Assembly (NCBI GenBank): GCA_951406725.2
Contig: OX597816.1
Coordinates: 24,738,001-24,802,000, forward strand
Source: Octopus vulgaris
Lineage: Eukaryota
DNA: 64,000 nt
Direction: 5' to 3'
Within the stretch, counting starts at the first letter, position 1. Each line of letters starts with the position of its first letter. A model generated the notes under the pieces. That model searched no databases and was not told where the DNA came from. It saw nothing but the letters and a program-made list of their open reading frames with translations. Of this stretch, positions 1 to 11,619 are shown in pieces. A program made the position numbers and the translations under genes.

Positions 1-47
1 TTCTGGGACTGTATCTGATGAAGTATGTCTTTCCACTGGTGTTTGAT
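1..47 (-). CDS. HAUS6: HAUS6 exon 9, partial (IKHQWKDILHQIQSQ...), continues beyond the window
   Basis: TTTTCTTCTCATCAG acceptor, phase 0, open to the window edge. Resembles the HAUS6 'VRSLW' helix. Confidence 0.78.
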   Translation of the reverse strand, partial: MKHQWKDILHQIQSQ

Positions 48-251
48 CTGATGAGAAGAAAACAGGTTTTGATTTTAGAAAATATGAAAAAGAATTAAGA
101 TGAGAATAGTGGTAGTGATAAGGAATTGGAAAGGAAACCCAATCACATTTTAAAACTTAACAACCATAAAAGCAAGCAGAGTTGCAAAGAAAACAGATAA
201 AACATGCCGAAGCAGGGAGTTGTGGGGTCAAATACAGTATAGGACACTTAC

Positions 252-306
252 CCAATATAAAACTTCATTTCTTGATTCATCTGTACCATCACAATTTTCT
301 TTAGTG
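252..306 (-). CDS. HAUS6: HAUS6 exon 8 (TKENCDGTDESRNEVLYW)
   Basis: TTTTTACCCAG/GTAAGT, 55 nt, phase 2->0, joining exons 7 and 9 in frame. Confidence 0.78.
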
Positions 307-419
307 CTGGGTAAAAATTCAAGTAATTCAACAAGATATATAAATAGGTATTTCTGAATATTCATAGTTAGAAACAATGAGATATATTCTACACAGAGCA
401 AACATGCAAGTATATATGG

Positions 420-925
420 ATCAGAACTAGAGGAGAAATTTCAGGTGTGGAAACAAGGATTAGAATCAAAGGGCCTTAGAGTCAACCTAGCTAAAACCAA
501 AGTCCTAATAAGTAGGAAGGCAGGCAAACCACAAATCCCTTCAGGTAGATGGCCCTGCTCGATCTGTAGAAAAGGCGTAAGTAGAAACTCTATAAGATGT
601 ACCCATAAGAGGTGCAGCAATATCAAAGGAAGGCTAACTGGGAAGATAGTTTTTGTTTGTGGCAAGATGCTCAGGAGCAATAAATAACACTGAAAATGTG
701 CAGAGAACAACTTCTGTCACATTCCAGGGAGAAAACTAGAAGTAGTTGATAGCTTCCGTTACCGAGGTGACCAAGTCAGTAGCAGGGGTGAGTGCTTTGA
801 AAGTGTAGCTGCTAGAATAAGAATAGCCTGGGCAAAGTTCAGAGAGCTCCTACCTCTGCTGGTGACAAAGGGCCTCTCACGCAGAGTAAAAGGTAGACTG
901 TATGATGCATGTTTATGAACAGCCA
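420..925 (+). mobile_element. RTE-clade LINE reverse transcriptase C-terminal fragment, frameshifted
   Basis: WKQGLESKGLRVNLAKTKVL...WPCSICRKGV...HKRCS, then LEVVDSFRY.GD and RIRIAWAKFREL. Confidence 0.85.
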
Positions 926-1499
926 TCTGGCTCACCAGTCCCCAGTCAAACCGTCCAACCCATGCCAGCATGGAAAGTGGACGTTAAATGATGATGATGA
1001 TGAATAGATCCTGAGAACTTTCAGAACAAGAGAGCAGGAAACTATGCTGGTTGCATAGAGGGCATTTGCCTCAGTTGTGTGGGTTACTGCTCTCAACTAA
1101 GTCTGCCCACATCATCATCATTGTTTAACATCCGCTTTCCATGCTGGCATGGGTTGGACAGTTTGACCGGGGACTGGCAAGCCAAGAGGCTGCGCCAGGC
1201 TCCAGTCTGATCTGGCAAGGTTTCTACAGCTGGATACCCTTCCTAATGCCAACCACTCCAAGAGTGTAGTGGGTACTTTTTACATGCCACCGGCACGAGA
1301 GCCAGTCAGGTGGGGGGTGGTATCAACCACGTTCAGATGGTACTTTTTACATGCCACCGGCACAGGGAGCCATTCCGGCGGCACTGTCAACAACCTACAT
1401 ATGAATGGTACTTATTGCATGCCACCAGCAAGGGAGCCAGTGACCACAACTACAATTTCCATTTGGTTGTGATTTGATTTGATTTTGTGTCAAATTAAT

Positions 1500-2240
1500 A
1501 GCATAACTTGAAGCAGTTCGGCAGTACCACACCAAGAAGATTGCATCAATAGAACAGCTGAGCTACAAGGAGAGACTGAAAGAACTACAACTCTCCACCC
1601 AGGAGTGAAGACAGGAGAGGTGTGCAGTGATATACATATGGAAGATCCTGGATGGGTTGGCACCTGACTTTGGCATCAAGAGCTATACAAGACACAGAAC
1701 TGGAGCCGTTCAAGAATTTGGACCTGGAGATCTCCATTTCCAGCGACTTTGAGGGCCACCTCCTAGTGGTGCCGGGCATCAACAAAGAGCCCGCCCTTGA
1801 CTACAAGACAACCAAAGTTTTTTTTTTTTTCCAAGATCTGGGGTCTCCTGCCCCTAAGCCCTAGACCATCACCTAATCACCCTTACCTGTCTTGGTGCTT
1901 AACAACAACAGAACTGGACATCACTATATGGTTCCGAAGGTCCCAGCCATCCTATCTATAGTGAGGGCTGTATTGCAATAGCTTGGGATTCAAGGGCCCA
2001 TGGCTGTGTAATACCTTGCCAAAACACCTGAGAGATCTGCATGGAGTTGAAATGGATGCTTTCAGGAAACAACTTAACCTCCTGCTGTCAAAGGCCCCAG
2101 ATGAGCTTACATTATGGCAAGAAACTCGAAAGAGGGCAGGAATATCAAACTCACTCCTTCACATAAGAAGGGTGATAATACTAACAGTGCCCCAGTATGG
2201 CCACAGCCTTTGCACTGAAATGCTTAAAAGAATCAAAGAA
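1500..2240 (+). mobile_element. CR1-group LINE 3' fragment, interrupted
   Basis: SYKERLKEL...IYIWKILDGL, GFKGPWLCNTLPKHLRDLHGV; same family as 38310-39160 and 50240-51490. Confidence 0.75.
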
Positions 2241-2275
2241 TATACATATTTTTAGACAGACAGACAATCACTCAC

Positions 2276-2359
2276 TTGTTTTCTTTTAATGCATCCTTTA
2301 GACTTGAATTCATGCGGTTTATTTTTTTGAACTGGATTTTGTATTCTTCTGTGAGTTTC
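2276..2359 (-). CDS. HAUS6: HAUS6 exon 7 (KLTEEYKIQFKKINRMNSSLKDALKEN, coiled coil)
   Basis: Poly-T tract then AAG acceptor, GTGAGT donor, 84 nt, phase 2->2. Confidence 0.85.
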
Positions 2360-2473
2360 CTTGGGAAAGAAAAAAAAAAAATTCATGAATTTCAGTACAA
2401 TCTGTTAGTTTAGTGGAACATTTTGGCTGTTTACTCAGAATTAGTGCAAGATAGAATATATCTGGAGGTTGGA

Positions 2474-2880
2474 ATCATCATCATCATCGTTTAATATCCG
2501 TTTTCCATGCTAGCATGGGTTGGACAGTACGACCGGGGTCTGGGAAACCAGGAGGCTGCACCAGGCTCCAGTCTGATCTGGCAGTGTTTCTACAGCTTGG
2601 TGCTCTTCCTAACGCCAACCACTCTGTGAGTGTAGTGGGTGCTTTTTATGTGCCAGGGGAGGCTGGCAACGGCCACGATCGGTTGGTGCTTTTTATGTGC
2701 CACCGGCACGGAAGCCAGTCAAAGCGGCGCTGGCATCAGCCATGTTTGGATGGTGCTTTTTACGTGCCACCAGCACAGGTATCACAACTACAATGTCCAT
2801 TTGATTTTTATTTTGATGTTGATGTACTTGACTCAATAGGTCTCCTCAAGCACAGCAGGTTGCCCTTCGATCCCAGGTAA
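2474..2880 (-). mobile_element. RTE-tailed short retroposon family B with (GAT)n tail; copies near 920-1002, 1110-1480, 8071-8273, 9280-9415, 9480-9563, 10556-10760, 12547-12712, 15615-15957, 16186-16395, 25484-25752, 27514-27703, 30012-30320
   Basis: Shared GGAAGGGCATCCAGCTGTAGAAAC...CATGCTAGCATGGAAA.CGGACGTTAAAC(GAT)n end; internal GGTGCTTTTTACGTGCCACCGGCAC subrepeats. Confidence 0.8.
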
Positions 2881-3396
2881 GCACAGCAGGTCGTAACTTT
2901 AAATTAAATCTATGGCAAATAGCTATATTGGACATGTACCATATATAACCTAAAACTATATTTGCTGTGATATACTCCCACTTTGAGGAAAGTTCTGAAC
3001 AATGAGACACCATGGGCCTCTACATGGTCACTCGACATGCTAGAAATAGCCACAAAATTTCCTTTACCCTTTTAACACCAACTTACTTGAAATTGCCCCT
3101 AGATCTATGATGCAAATTCCCTGCTTTAAAGTGATCGAAATTAAAATCTTCCCTCAAAATTCCATATCAATTTATGTTTTAAACACCATGTAAATAATGA
3201 GACAGTTTTTTTCAATAAAATTTTTATCATTTTCAAAGTTTACTGAAACAAAGGCAGTGAATTTCAACAAAAATATGGTAACCAAAATGTTAAATTCAGA
3301 GACTGCATCTAAAAAATTTTTTCGAAATGGAAGATACATTGGATGGAATAGTACTAGGTATACTATGCCTAAGGAAAGTAGACGAAGACACTTTTT

Positions 3397-3548
3397 CACT
3401 AGTGTAGCTAGAGTGTGCACCACCCAGGGCAGCCTTTCAGTTTGTTGCCCCTGGGCCCCCACAAAACATACAAAATCCCTACAGCAGACCTAAAAGTGGT
3501 GCTGCCCAGGGCAGACTGCCCCCTCCTCTCCCTTCTAGCTGCACTAGT
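3397..3548. mobile_element. Small hAT-like MITE
   Basis: ACTAGTGTAGCTAGA...TCTAGCTGCACTAGT inverted ends with CCCAGGGC subrepeats. Confidence 0.55.
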
Positions 3549-3877
3549 TCAACTTTTACAACTAGAATGCTTTTGCTCTTATGCCTGTTTGATGAGAGCT
3601 GACAAGAAGCTAAACTGCAAGATGATGCTCAGTTCAGCTTCTCTTGAGTTCATGCTTATATTGTGTCTATGTAGATCAGAGATGAGAATCATTTCACCGG
3701 AGATATTTAAGTAGCAGTTGTATACTGTCAACTTAATGTGACAGTCCCATGAAGGGAATCACACCACCGCTATTTAGCCCTAGGAAGCATCAACGCTTCC
3801 TGTCGGCCCCGACACATTTCCTGTGTCCTTATGTTTACAAGGGGGAGACAAGCACCCTCATCCAGCTAAGTCTGCAT

Positions 3878-3917
3878 CCAGAGACTAGTTTCTGAGTTTT
3901 GCTTGTCATCAGTCTGG
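3878..3917 (-). ncRNA. Type I minimal hammerhead ribozyme motif, stem II degenerate
   Basis: CCAGA-CUGAUGA-caagcaaaacuca-GAAA-CUAG-UC-UCUGG; intact core and a perfect 5-bp stem I. Confidence 0.72.
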
Positions 3918-4504
3918 TGTAGCATGGCTTGCTAGCTAGCTGCAGATGCTTGTCTAGGCCTTGTAAACATATAATAATTCCAGTGAAATAAATAAGTAGC
4001 GTTAACCTAATATTGTATGGAAATGTCCAACTGTAAGCTTTCATGAGCCAATGAGGGCACTAACTTGGAAAAGCATGATGGTTCATTCCTTAAAACACAC
4101 AGAACAACCACAGATGTGTGGGTAAGAAGTTTGCTTCGCAAACCACAGTTACTAGTTCAGTTTCACTGTGTGGTACTTTGGGCAAGTGCCTTCTACTATA
4201 GATTCAGACAGAGCTGTGCCTTGTCAATGAATTTACTTGATGGGAACTTTGTGGAAGCCTGTCATATGCATGTGTATATGTGTGCATGTGTGATCATCAT
4301 CGTCATTTAACATTTATTTTTCCATATTGGCATGAGTTGGATGGTTTGACAGGAGCCATACCAGGTTCCATTGTCTGTTTTTTGTATGGATTCTACAGCT
4401 GGATGCCCTTTCTAATGCCAACCACTCGACAGTGTGTACTAGATGCGATGTGCGTGTTTAGAGAGAGAGAGATAGAGTGAGGAATTGATAAAAACTATAC
4501 ACAA

Positions 4505-4875
4505 GGCACAGGAGTGGCTGTGTGGTTGTGGTAAGTAGCTTGCCTACTAACCACATGGCTCTGGGTTCAGTCCCACTGCATGGTACCTTGGGCAAGTGTC
4601 TTCTACTATAGCCACAGGCCGACCAAAGCTTTGTGAGTGGATTTGGTAGACGGAAACTGAAAGAAGCCCGTCGTATATATGTATATATATGAGTGTGTGA
4701 GTTTGTCCCCCCAACATCGCTTGACAACCGATGCTGGTGTATTTACATCCCCGTAACATAGTGGTTTGGCAAAAGAGACCAATACAGTAAGAATAAGTCC
4801 TGGGGTCAATTTCCTTGACTAAAGGCAGTGCTCCAGCATGGCCACAGTCAAATGACTGAAACAAGTAAAAGAGTA
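4505..4875 (+). mobile_element. tRNA-derived CORE-like SINE family A (about 400 bp); copies 10925-11325, 26410-26810, 26968-27206(-), 30903-31325, 48335-48440(-), 48812-49222, 50643-50965, 54714-55167, 56005-56405
   Basis: Box A (TGGCTGTGTGG) and box B (GGTTCAGTCCC), CCTTGGGCAAGT core, internal (AT)n(GT)n, (GAGTAAA)n tail. Confidence 0.88.
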
Positions 4876-5045
4876 CAAGAAAATACTAGAGCTGTACAAC
4901 TTAACAGATATGAGATGTTCAGGAGCTGAATATAAAGGGAGAGAGAGATTCCTAACACATTTAATGTAGAATCTAGGTGGTCAAAGATGGATTATTCAGA
5001 TAACATGACAACGATAATGAGGAATGGAAGCGAATATAAGCTTAC

Positions 5046-5214
5046 TTTGTAGCCTCTTGCCATTTCCAGTAGAGTTTTAGATTCTCATCAATGCTCACCA
5101 ACAATGACTGGACATTTTTGATTGTGGCACATTTCAGGATCTTCGGAATGTGGGCTGCTTGAGGAAGTGAGGGCTTCAGTGTTGGACATCTAAGATAACC
5201 ATCTTTGATATTAC
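5046..5214 (-). CDS. HAUS6: HAUS6 exon 6 (CNIKDGYLRCPTLKP...LKLYWKWQEATK)
   Basis: TGTAG/GTAAG, 169 nt, phase 1->2, open and in frame with both neighbours. Confidence 0.88.
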
Positions 5215-5282
5215 CTACAGCAATAGATACAACAACAGAAAAAAAAATAATATATATTAAAGAACAGATATAAAGAAATAAG

Positions 5283-5753
5283 AACGCCTTACTTCCCTGG
5301 GCATGGATACATTGAAACTCTGACGTCTGGCAGCTGACTTGGCAGACACCCATAAAATTATCAACCATCTTACTAACAATAACTCTGAGCACCTTTTCAA
5401 ACTCTACCTGTCTAACACCCGTGGACATGTTTACAAAGTTAGAAAACAGCACAGCTCCCATGACTTTCGGAAACATTTTTTCACGCTAAGAGTTGCTGAA
5501 GTATGGAACAAACTGCCGGCATCAGTTGTTAGTTGTCAGAGCACTGCATCCTTCAAAACTTCCATGCTTCCTGAGATTTGCCAACACTACACCTGATTTT
5601 CTCCCCTCCAAACACACGCAAGCATGTATCTGACTCATACACTGTTCACTTTCCAGACATTTGTACATTACTGCATATGCTTTATACGCACTTTTGACAA
5701 GTTGTAGTGCACCTGAGCACTGTATACAATAATTTCATTATTATTATTATTAT
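5283..5753 (+). mobile_element. CR1-type LINE 3' end with (TTA)n tail
   Basis: NTRGHVYKVRKQHSSHDFRKHFFTLRVAEVWNKLP motif, 3' UTR and TTA tail. Confidence 0.88.
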
Positions 5754-6697
5754 AAGAACAAAAATAATTAAAGGATCTGCAATTCATTAAGGGTCATAGA
5801 AGATGACAGTTGTCATCATCTTTAATAAAAAATGCAAAATTTTGTTTGTCTGTTGGAGACGCCTGTACCTCTGTCTACATATATATACTCTACATATGCA
5901 TATTATGCCATTTTGGAATCAGGATAATCCTGGGACTGAAAATCTGCCCTTCATTTGGTTCTTGAACATCCAGCATTGGGATCAGATCTTGATGAGGGTC
6001 TGTTATATGCTAACAGTTGAAAATTCAAATTTTAAAAGAACTCCAAAAATTTGTGAACATACAAGTTTTTCCTTTAAACTGAATTTAAAGTAATACCATA
6101 TTGTCAGGCTTCCAATAAATGCTTTATCATTACTGCCCTCTTTAATTTGGGGCTGCAGGAGTCAGGTTAAAAGTCTGCACAGAGTGTCGCTTTTAAGCTA
6201 GTAACCATTGCTTTAACGTCTACTTTTTCTAGCTCACATGTGTTGAATGGAATCTGTTAAGTCAGGTTTTCTACAACTGGATGCCTTTCCTGTCAATTTT
6301 CACCTGTTTCCAAGCAAGGTCATATTTCTCCATAGCTAGACAAGTTTTTCACGGAAGACTTGAAAGGAACGATTTTGCTTGTATGATGATGATGCACATC
6401 CAACAACTATTACATGCTATCTAGACCAGGGTACACACACACACAAAGTGTGGCTCTCAAAGACACAAATGATGACTCTGAAGAGTACAGTTACTGAAAC
6501 ACTGTGACCATAATAACAAAGACAAAAAAAAAGATATGTCTGAACGTATCAGCATATAATTTAGATAATCCCGCATCTCAATAACTGAAGCAAAATCTTG
6601 TAAGTTAAGACTAGATTAAGCTATGTTACAGAAAAAAAAAATCAGTGAAGAAGTAGCTATACAATAACCATAAAGAGAAAAAAAAAATTTTTATTAC

Positions 6698-6824
6698 ATT
6701 CTTTTTTCAGTGTTTTCAGTAAAACATATCTGGACAAGTAGAAGAGGAACTGCTCAAATTTGTAACCTCCGGGTGACAGGAACAGAGATGGGAACACGGA
6801 ATTAAATCCTGCTTCTGGATCCTC
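6698..6824 (-). CDS. HAUS6: HAUS6 exon 5 (EDPEAGFNSVFPSLFLSPGGYKFEQFLFYLSRYVLLKTLKKE)
   Basis: TTCCCAG/GTAAT, 127 nt, phase 0->1. Contains the SLFLSPGGxKF HAUS6 motif. Confidence 0.95.
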
Positions 6825-6889
6825 CTGGGAAATAGAAAATAGGTGAAAGACAAATTTATTTGGTTGGATATGATGGATTCTCTAGTTAT

Positions 6890-7098
6890 ATATGTCCCTG
6901 GAGAAGGACATCATGCTCGGAATGGTCAGTGGCAAGAGAATAAGATGCCGACCAAGAACCCACTGGCTTGACACCATCAGGAGTGAAACCGGAATGGACA
7001 TGGCCAATCTGAAGGAAGCGGCCCAGGATAGAACTGACTGGAGGACACTGATCCAACGAGTGAACGAGAGTCAACTTCGACTGAGTGGATAGAGAGAG
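6890..7098 (+). mobile_element. RTE LINE 3' end
   Basis: SLEKDIMLGMVSGKR.R.RPRT.WLD.I...AAQDR..WR C-terminal RTE motif. Confidence 0.82.
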
Positions 7099-7328
7099 AT
7101 ATGTACCATTTGTATTAACTTAAATGGAGATGAAAATATATATACATATATATATATATAATTAAGGGTTAAGCAACAAGTTGCTTCACCACATACCAAA
7201 AATTTAGAAATAGCAGCCAAAAGACAGCTCATTTCTTTTTACTACAGATATGACTCCACAGATAACAATATTTGTAACTCACATAGGCAAAAAGAAGAAA
7301 AATAACAAAATCAAACAGTCTTCGATTA

Positions 7329-7386
7329 ATTATGGACACGTTTCTGGATTAGAATTATACAAATTCATTTCCATCCTCAACATAAT
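7329..7386 (-). ncRNA. Type I hammerhead ribozyme motif (C3U) with extended stem II
   Basis: AUUAUG-UUGAGGA-UGGA..GAAUU uguau AAUUC..UCCA-GAAA-CGUG-UC-CAUAAU. Confidence 0.72.
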
Positions 7387-7809
7387 ATTTCGAGAATTTA
7401 TAAATTTGCAAATGCTATGAACCTACCCTTTGCATCCCGATCAAGCGGGATGCAAAGGCATGGGTTTGATAGGAGCTGGCCAGGTAGAAGTCTGCACCAG
7501 ACTTCTATGACTGTCTTGGCAGGATTTTTACAGCTGGATACCCTTCCTTACACCAACCACCCAGCAGAGTGGATTAAATATATATATGTGTGTGTGTGTG
7601 TGATTGTTCCCCTTACTGCTTGACAACTGCAGTTGGTTTGTTTATGTCCCAATAACAGTGGTTCAGAAAAAGGGGCCAACAGGATAAATACCAAGGGTTT
7701 ATTTATTCACCTAAATCAGCATGGCTGCAATCCAATGACTGAAAACTAGTAAAAGATAAGACTAAGCAGACGAATTATGGTGAAAAATCAAAGAAAAACT
7801 TGAACCTAC

Positions 7810-7891
7810 CTGTGCAATTTTGTTTAGCCAGTTGCAAAGTTCCTTTCTGAAGTATTGTTCTTGCTTCTTGTCAAAGACTGGCCAGAATCCT
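7810..7891 (-). CDS. HAUS6: HAUS6 exon 4 (GFWPVFDKKQEQYFRKELCNWLNKIAQ)
   Basis: TTGCAG/GTAGG, 82 nt, phase 2->0. WP.FD.K....FRK....W is diagnostic of the HAUS6_N domain. Confidence 0.95.
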
Positions 7892-9026
7892 CTGCAAGAA
7901 AGAAAAAACATGGTCCTTGGGATGGAAAAAGAGGAATTGTTGAAGCAAACATTTCCATAGCCAAATTATTTTTCTTGGCTTTACTGTGTGGGAACCAAGT
8001 ATACTGTTTTGATGTATGTCCACTTGAGACAGGGGAACTTGTCTTCTGACAGAGAGGTTATCATATGATGATCATCATTGTTTAATGCCCACTTTCCATA
8101 TTAGCATGGGTTGGACGATTTGACAGAGGACTGGTTAGGAAGGGCACCCAGCTGTAGAAACTCTGCCAGATGAGATTGGAGCCTGGTGCAGCCATCTGGT
8201 TCACCAGTCCTCAGTCAAATCATCCAACCCATGCTAGCATGGAAAGTGGAAGTTAAACGATGATGATGATGATTTCTTTACAATAAACACAAGGAGTTGC
8301 AAACATGCAATGTAAAAACAAGACACACACCCTTCAAGAATACTGAGGCAGATGTTGTGTAACTCCTGCTAGATCAACCCTAACTGAGAGACCCTTTTAT
8401 CAAAAGGCATTCCAGCCAATAACCTTTCTGTCCTTTTACTGGACATTGCATTGTTGGACTACATTAACGTGTTGCTCCCATTTCAAGAAGAAAGAGTGTG
8501 ATGAGAGAGAGAGATCAGGCTGCTACTTCTAGCAGGGTGAACACCATAAAGGTACTCCCAGCCAGCTTGAAATGAGGAAAATGAAAGCAAGAGAGAGAGA
8601 AAGACTTCCAGATGATTTACATCAATAGTTCTCAAGAGGGGTTCACATGACCCTTGGGGGCCCAGATAAGATTTTGTTGTTAAAATTTACATGCAACAAA
8701 TTGGTTATACTTCTATAATACAGAAGAGATTTCATAATTTTTTATACAAATCCTAATAATATTTAATGATAAAAATATAATAGGATTTTATCTAAGCATC
8801 AAATGGCTATAGGGGTCCAGCTGAGTAAAAAAGGAATCATAAAGGGTCCATAGGCAAAAAAAAAAAAAATGTTGATTTATAGTTTTAGGAATAATAACTG
8901 TTTGCACAAAGTGTTTGAGTGAAATGAGGAAGAAAAAGGGAGAGGAGGAAGAGCAAGGAAAAGAAGGAAGAGGTGGTGCCAGAAACAGGTGAACTGAGTG
9001 GTGCAGGGGTAAATCTAGGAGTGAAA

Positions 9027-9063
<37 letters not shown>

Positions 9064-9085
9064 TAGGAAAAATGTGTTTTCATAC

Positions 9086-9181
9086 CTGAATCTTGTTTTA
9101 GCTTCTTCAGGGTCCAGCTTCTCCATTAGAAAATAAAGGATTGGGAGGGCTCCTTTGTTGTTGGGTACAGCAAACATATTT
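9086..9181 (-). CDS. HAUS6: HAUS6 exon 3 (NMFAVPNNKGALPILYFLMEKLDPEEAKTRF)
   Basis: TTTCAG/GTATG, 96 nt, phase 2->2. Matches the HAUS6 motif NMFxxPN...YFL..LD. Confidence 0.92.
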
Positions 9182-9564
9182 CTGAAATGATAATAATTTC
9201 TTTTGTGAGTCACAGGGGCATAGATGAGGGGGACATCACAAGGACAGGCAACAATTTGTGTGGGGATTTATATAAGGGATAGGGCATCCAGCTATAGAAA
9301 CCTTGCCAGTACAGACTGAAGCCTGATTGCTGCCTCCTGGATTACCAGTCCTCAGTCAAACCATCCAACCCATGCCAGCACGGAAAGCAGACATTAAACA
9401 ATGATGATGATGATGCTAGGGTGAAAGAAGTGGAAAAGATAGTGAAATGTGACAGCAAAAGTATATACAGTATACAAATGCAGCCTCCTGGCTTCCCAGA
9501 CCCCGGTCAAACTGTCCAACCCATGCTAGCATGGAAAACAGACATTAAACGATGATGATGATGC

Positions 9565-10415
9565 AAGTGTGTGATAAAATGAATGATGCAGTCCTTCTGA
9601 TACAGGAGAAACTGGATCGCATGACCAGTGGAGCACATCCTTTCTACCGGAAACGGAAAAGTAAATACTCCAGTCCAGCCAAATGTGGATTGGGGCAAGG
9701 TACTAAGGAGGCAACGTGAGCAGGTGTCACCTCTGCTTGACCTTTCAGAGATAATTTTCTCTCAGCCCATTTCTAAGTGAGATTGGCCATCCTGCATGTA
9801 ACCTCGTCCCAGTTCTTCTCCACTGGGAAGTCTGGGCCAAACCAGACACCGAGCAATTTCACCATTTCACCTGTCCATCGACCTGCTGTGTTGTTTGTTG
9901 ACATAGAATTGCCTCTGCAGTTGCTAAGCTGCAAGGGAGATCAACAACCTGAACATCTGCGGTGTCTGACACTATTATTGTGATGTCATCTGCATATGCC
10001 AAAACAAATCTCCCACATCCCAGTTTGAAAGGGATGCCCCTTAAGAGATCTAGCTTCCGCAGCAATGGCTCAAGTGCCAGAATGTATAGAAGAGATGAGA
10101 GAGGACACTCCTGACAGATTGAGTGTCAGACATGAAACAAGTCTTGAGAGGTGGCCATTTACTTTTAACACCAAGTGCCAGTGTGCATTGTTGCAATCCA
10201 GCCACTGAAAATGGGCCTGAAACCAGCTGCTTTTAGGACAACTGTCAAGAAGCGATGGTTGACCCTATCATGATCCAAACTGATCCAAGGCCCACTAATA
10301 CCAGAATTGCTACCCATTCCCTCTATGGTGTAATGCGTGAGGTAGAGGTTGCCGTAGATGGATCTACTGAGGATAGCACATGTTTGAGCTTCTCTGATCA
10401 AACCATCCAACCTCT
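9565..10415 (-). mobile_element. Degenerate L1/Tx1-type LINE reverse transcriptase fragment
   Basis: DRVNHRFL..VL...GF...F..WI and LAYADDITII RT motifs across broken frames. Confidence 0.78.
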
Positions 10416-11351
10416 TAAAATTTTAGCTAAAGTAATATTGGTTTTAAATTTTGACACAAGGGTAGCAATTGCCAGGACAGGGGTTAAGACGATTACATCA
10501 ACCCCAGTGCTCGACTGGTACACCACACATTCTCTTCCAATTAAGTTTTATATATATCATCATCATCGTTTAACATCCGTTTTCCATGCTAGCATGGGTT
10601 GGACAGTTCAACTGGGGTCTGGGAAGCCAGAAGGCTGCGCCAGGCCCAGTCTGATCTGGCAGTGTTTCTACAGCTGGATGCCCTTCCTAATGCCAACCAC
10701 TCCGTGAGTGTAGTGGGTGCGTTTACGTGTCACTGACACGGACGCCAGTCAGGCGACGCTAGTGTAAATATTTGTGTGTCTGTGTTTGTCCCCCCAACCT
10801 TCACTTGATAACTGATGTTGGTGTGTTTACATCCCTGTAACTTAGCAGTTCGTCAAAAAGAGACCAATAGAATAAGTCCTGGGGTCAATTTGTTCAACTA
10901 AAGGCAGGGCTCCAATATGGCCACTGTCAAATGGCTGATGTAAGTAGCTTGCTAACCAACCACATGGTCCCAGCTTCAGTCCCACTGTGTGGCATCTTGG
11001 GCAAGTGTCTTCTGCTATAGCCCCAGGCCAACCAATGCCTCGTGAGTGGATTTGGTAGACGGAAACTGAAAGAAGCCTGTCGTATATATGTATATATATA
11101 TGTGTGTGTGTGTCTGTGTTTGTTCTCCTAGCATTGCTTGACAACCGATGCTGGTGTGTTTACGTCCCCATCACTTAGCGGTTCAGCAAAAGGCACCGAT
11201 AGAATAAGTACGGGGCTTACAAAGAATAAGTCCCGGGGTCGATTTGCTCGACTAAAGGCGGTGCTCCAGCATGGCCGCAGTCAAATGAGTGAAACAAGTA
11301 AAAGAGTAAAAGAGAGAGTAAAGAGTATATACTAAAAATTACTATACTTAC

Positions 11352-11485
11352 TCATTGTATTGTAAATGGTCTTTCTTTTCTTGAGCTTCTCGATCAAAGC
11401 CCAACAGTAAAATGTTGGTGAAAAACGACTGGCGTAGTCTTTGCTGCTGTTCATTCACTCTCAATTTCTTGATTGCACTTGGCTC
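11352..11485 (-). CDS. HAUS6: HAUS6 exon 2 (EPSAIKKLRVNEQQQRLRQSFFTNILLLGFDREAQEKKDHLQYN)
   Basis: AAG acceptor, GTAAGT donor, 134 nt, phase 0->2. 'LLLGF(D/E)' matches the start of the HAUS6 N-terminal domain. Confidence 0.88.
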
Positions 11486-11619
11486 CTTTGAAATTAAGAA
11501 ATGGAATTATTTATGATTATGCAACTACACATGGTACACACTAAGTTATTGTAGATGTTGAACAAGTGTTGTCAGCTCTGTTTGAGCAGATCTATACCAT
11601 AGAAGTAATTTTTTTCTTT

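Noticed and set aside
252-351. Longer version of HAUS6 exon 8 using an upstream AG
   Set aside because: Rechecked: it adds 45 nt in the same frame, so it cannot be excluded on phase. The 306 acceptor has the better pyrimidine tract and was preferred.
6470-6515. CTGAAGA-GTA cagt TAC-T-GAAA-CACTGTG hammerhead-like string
   Set aside because: No UH cleavage triplet and no stem I partner.
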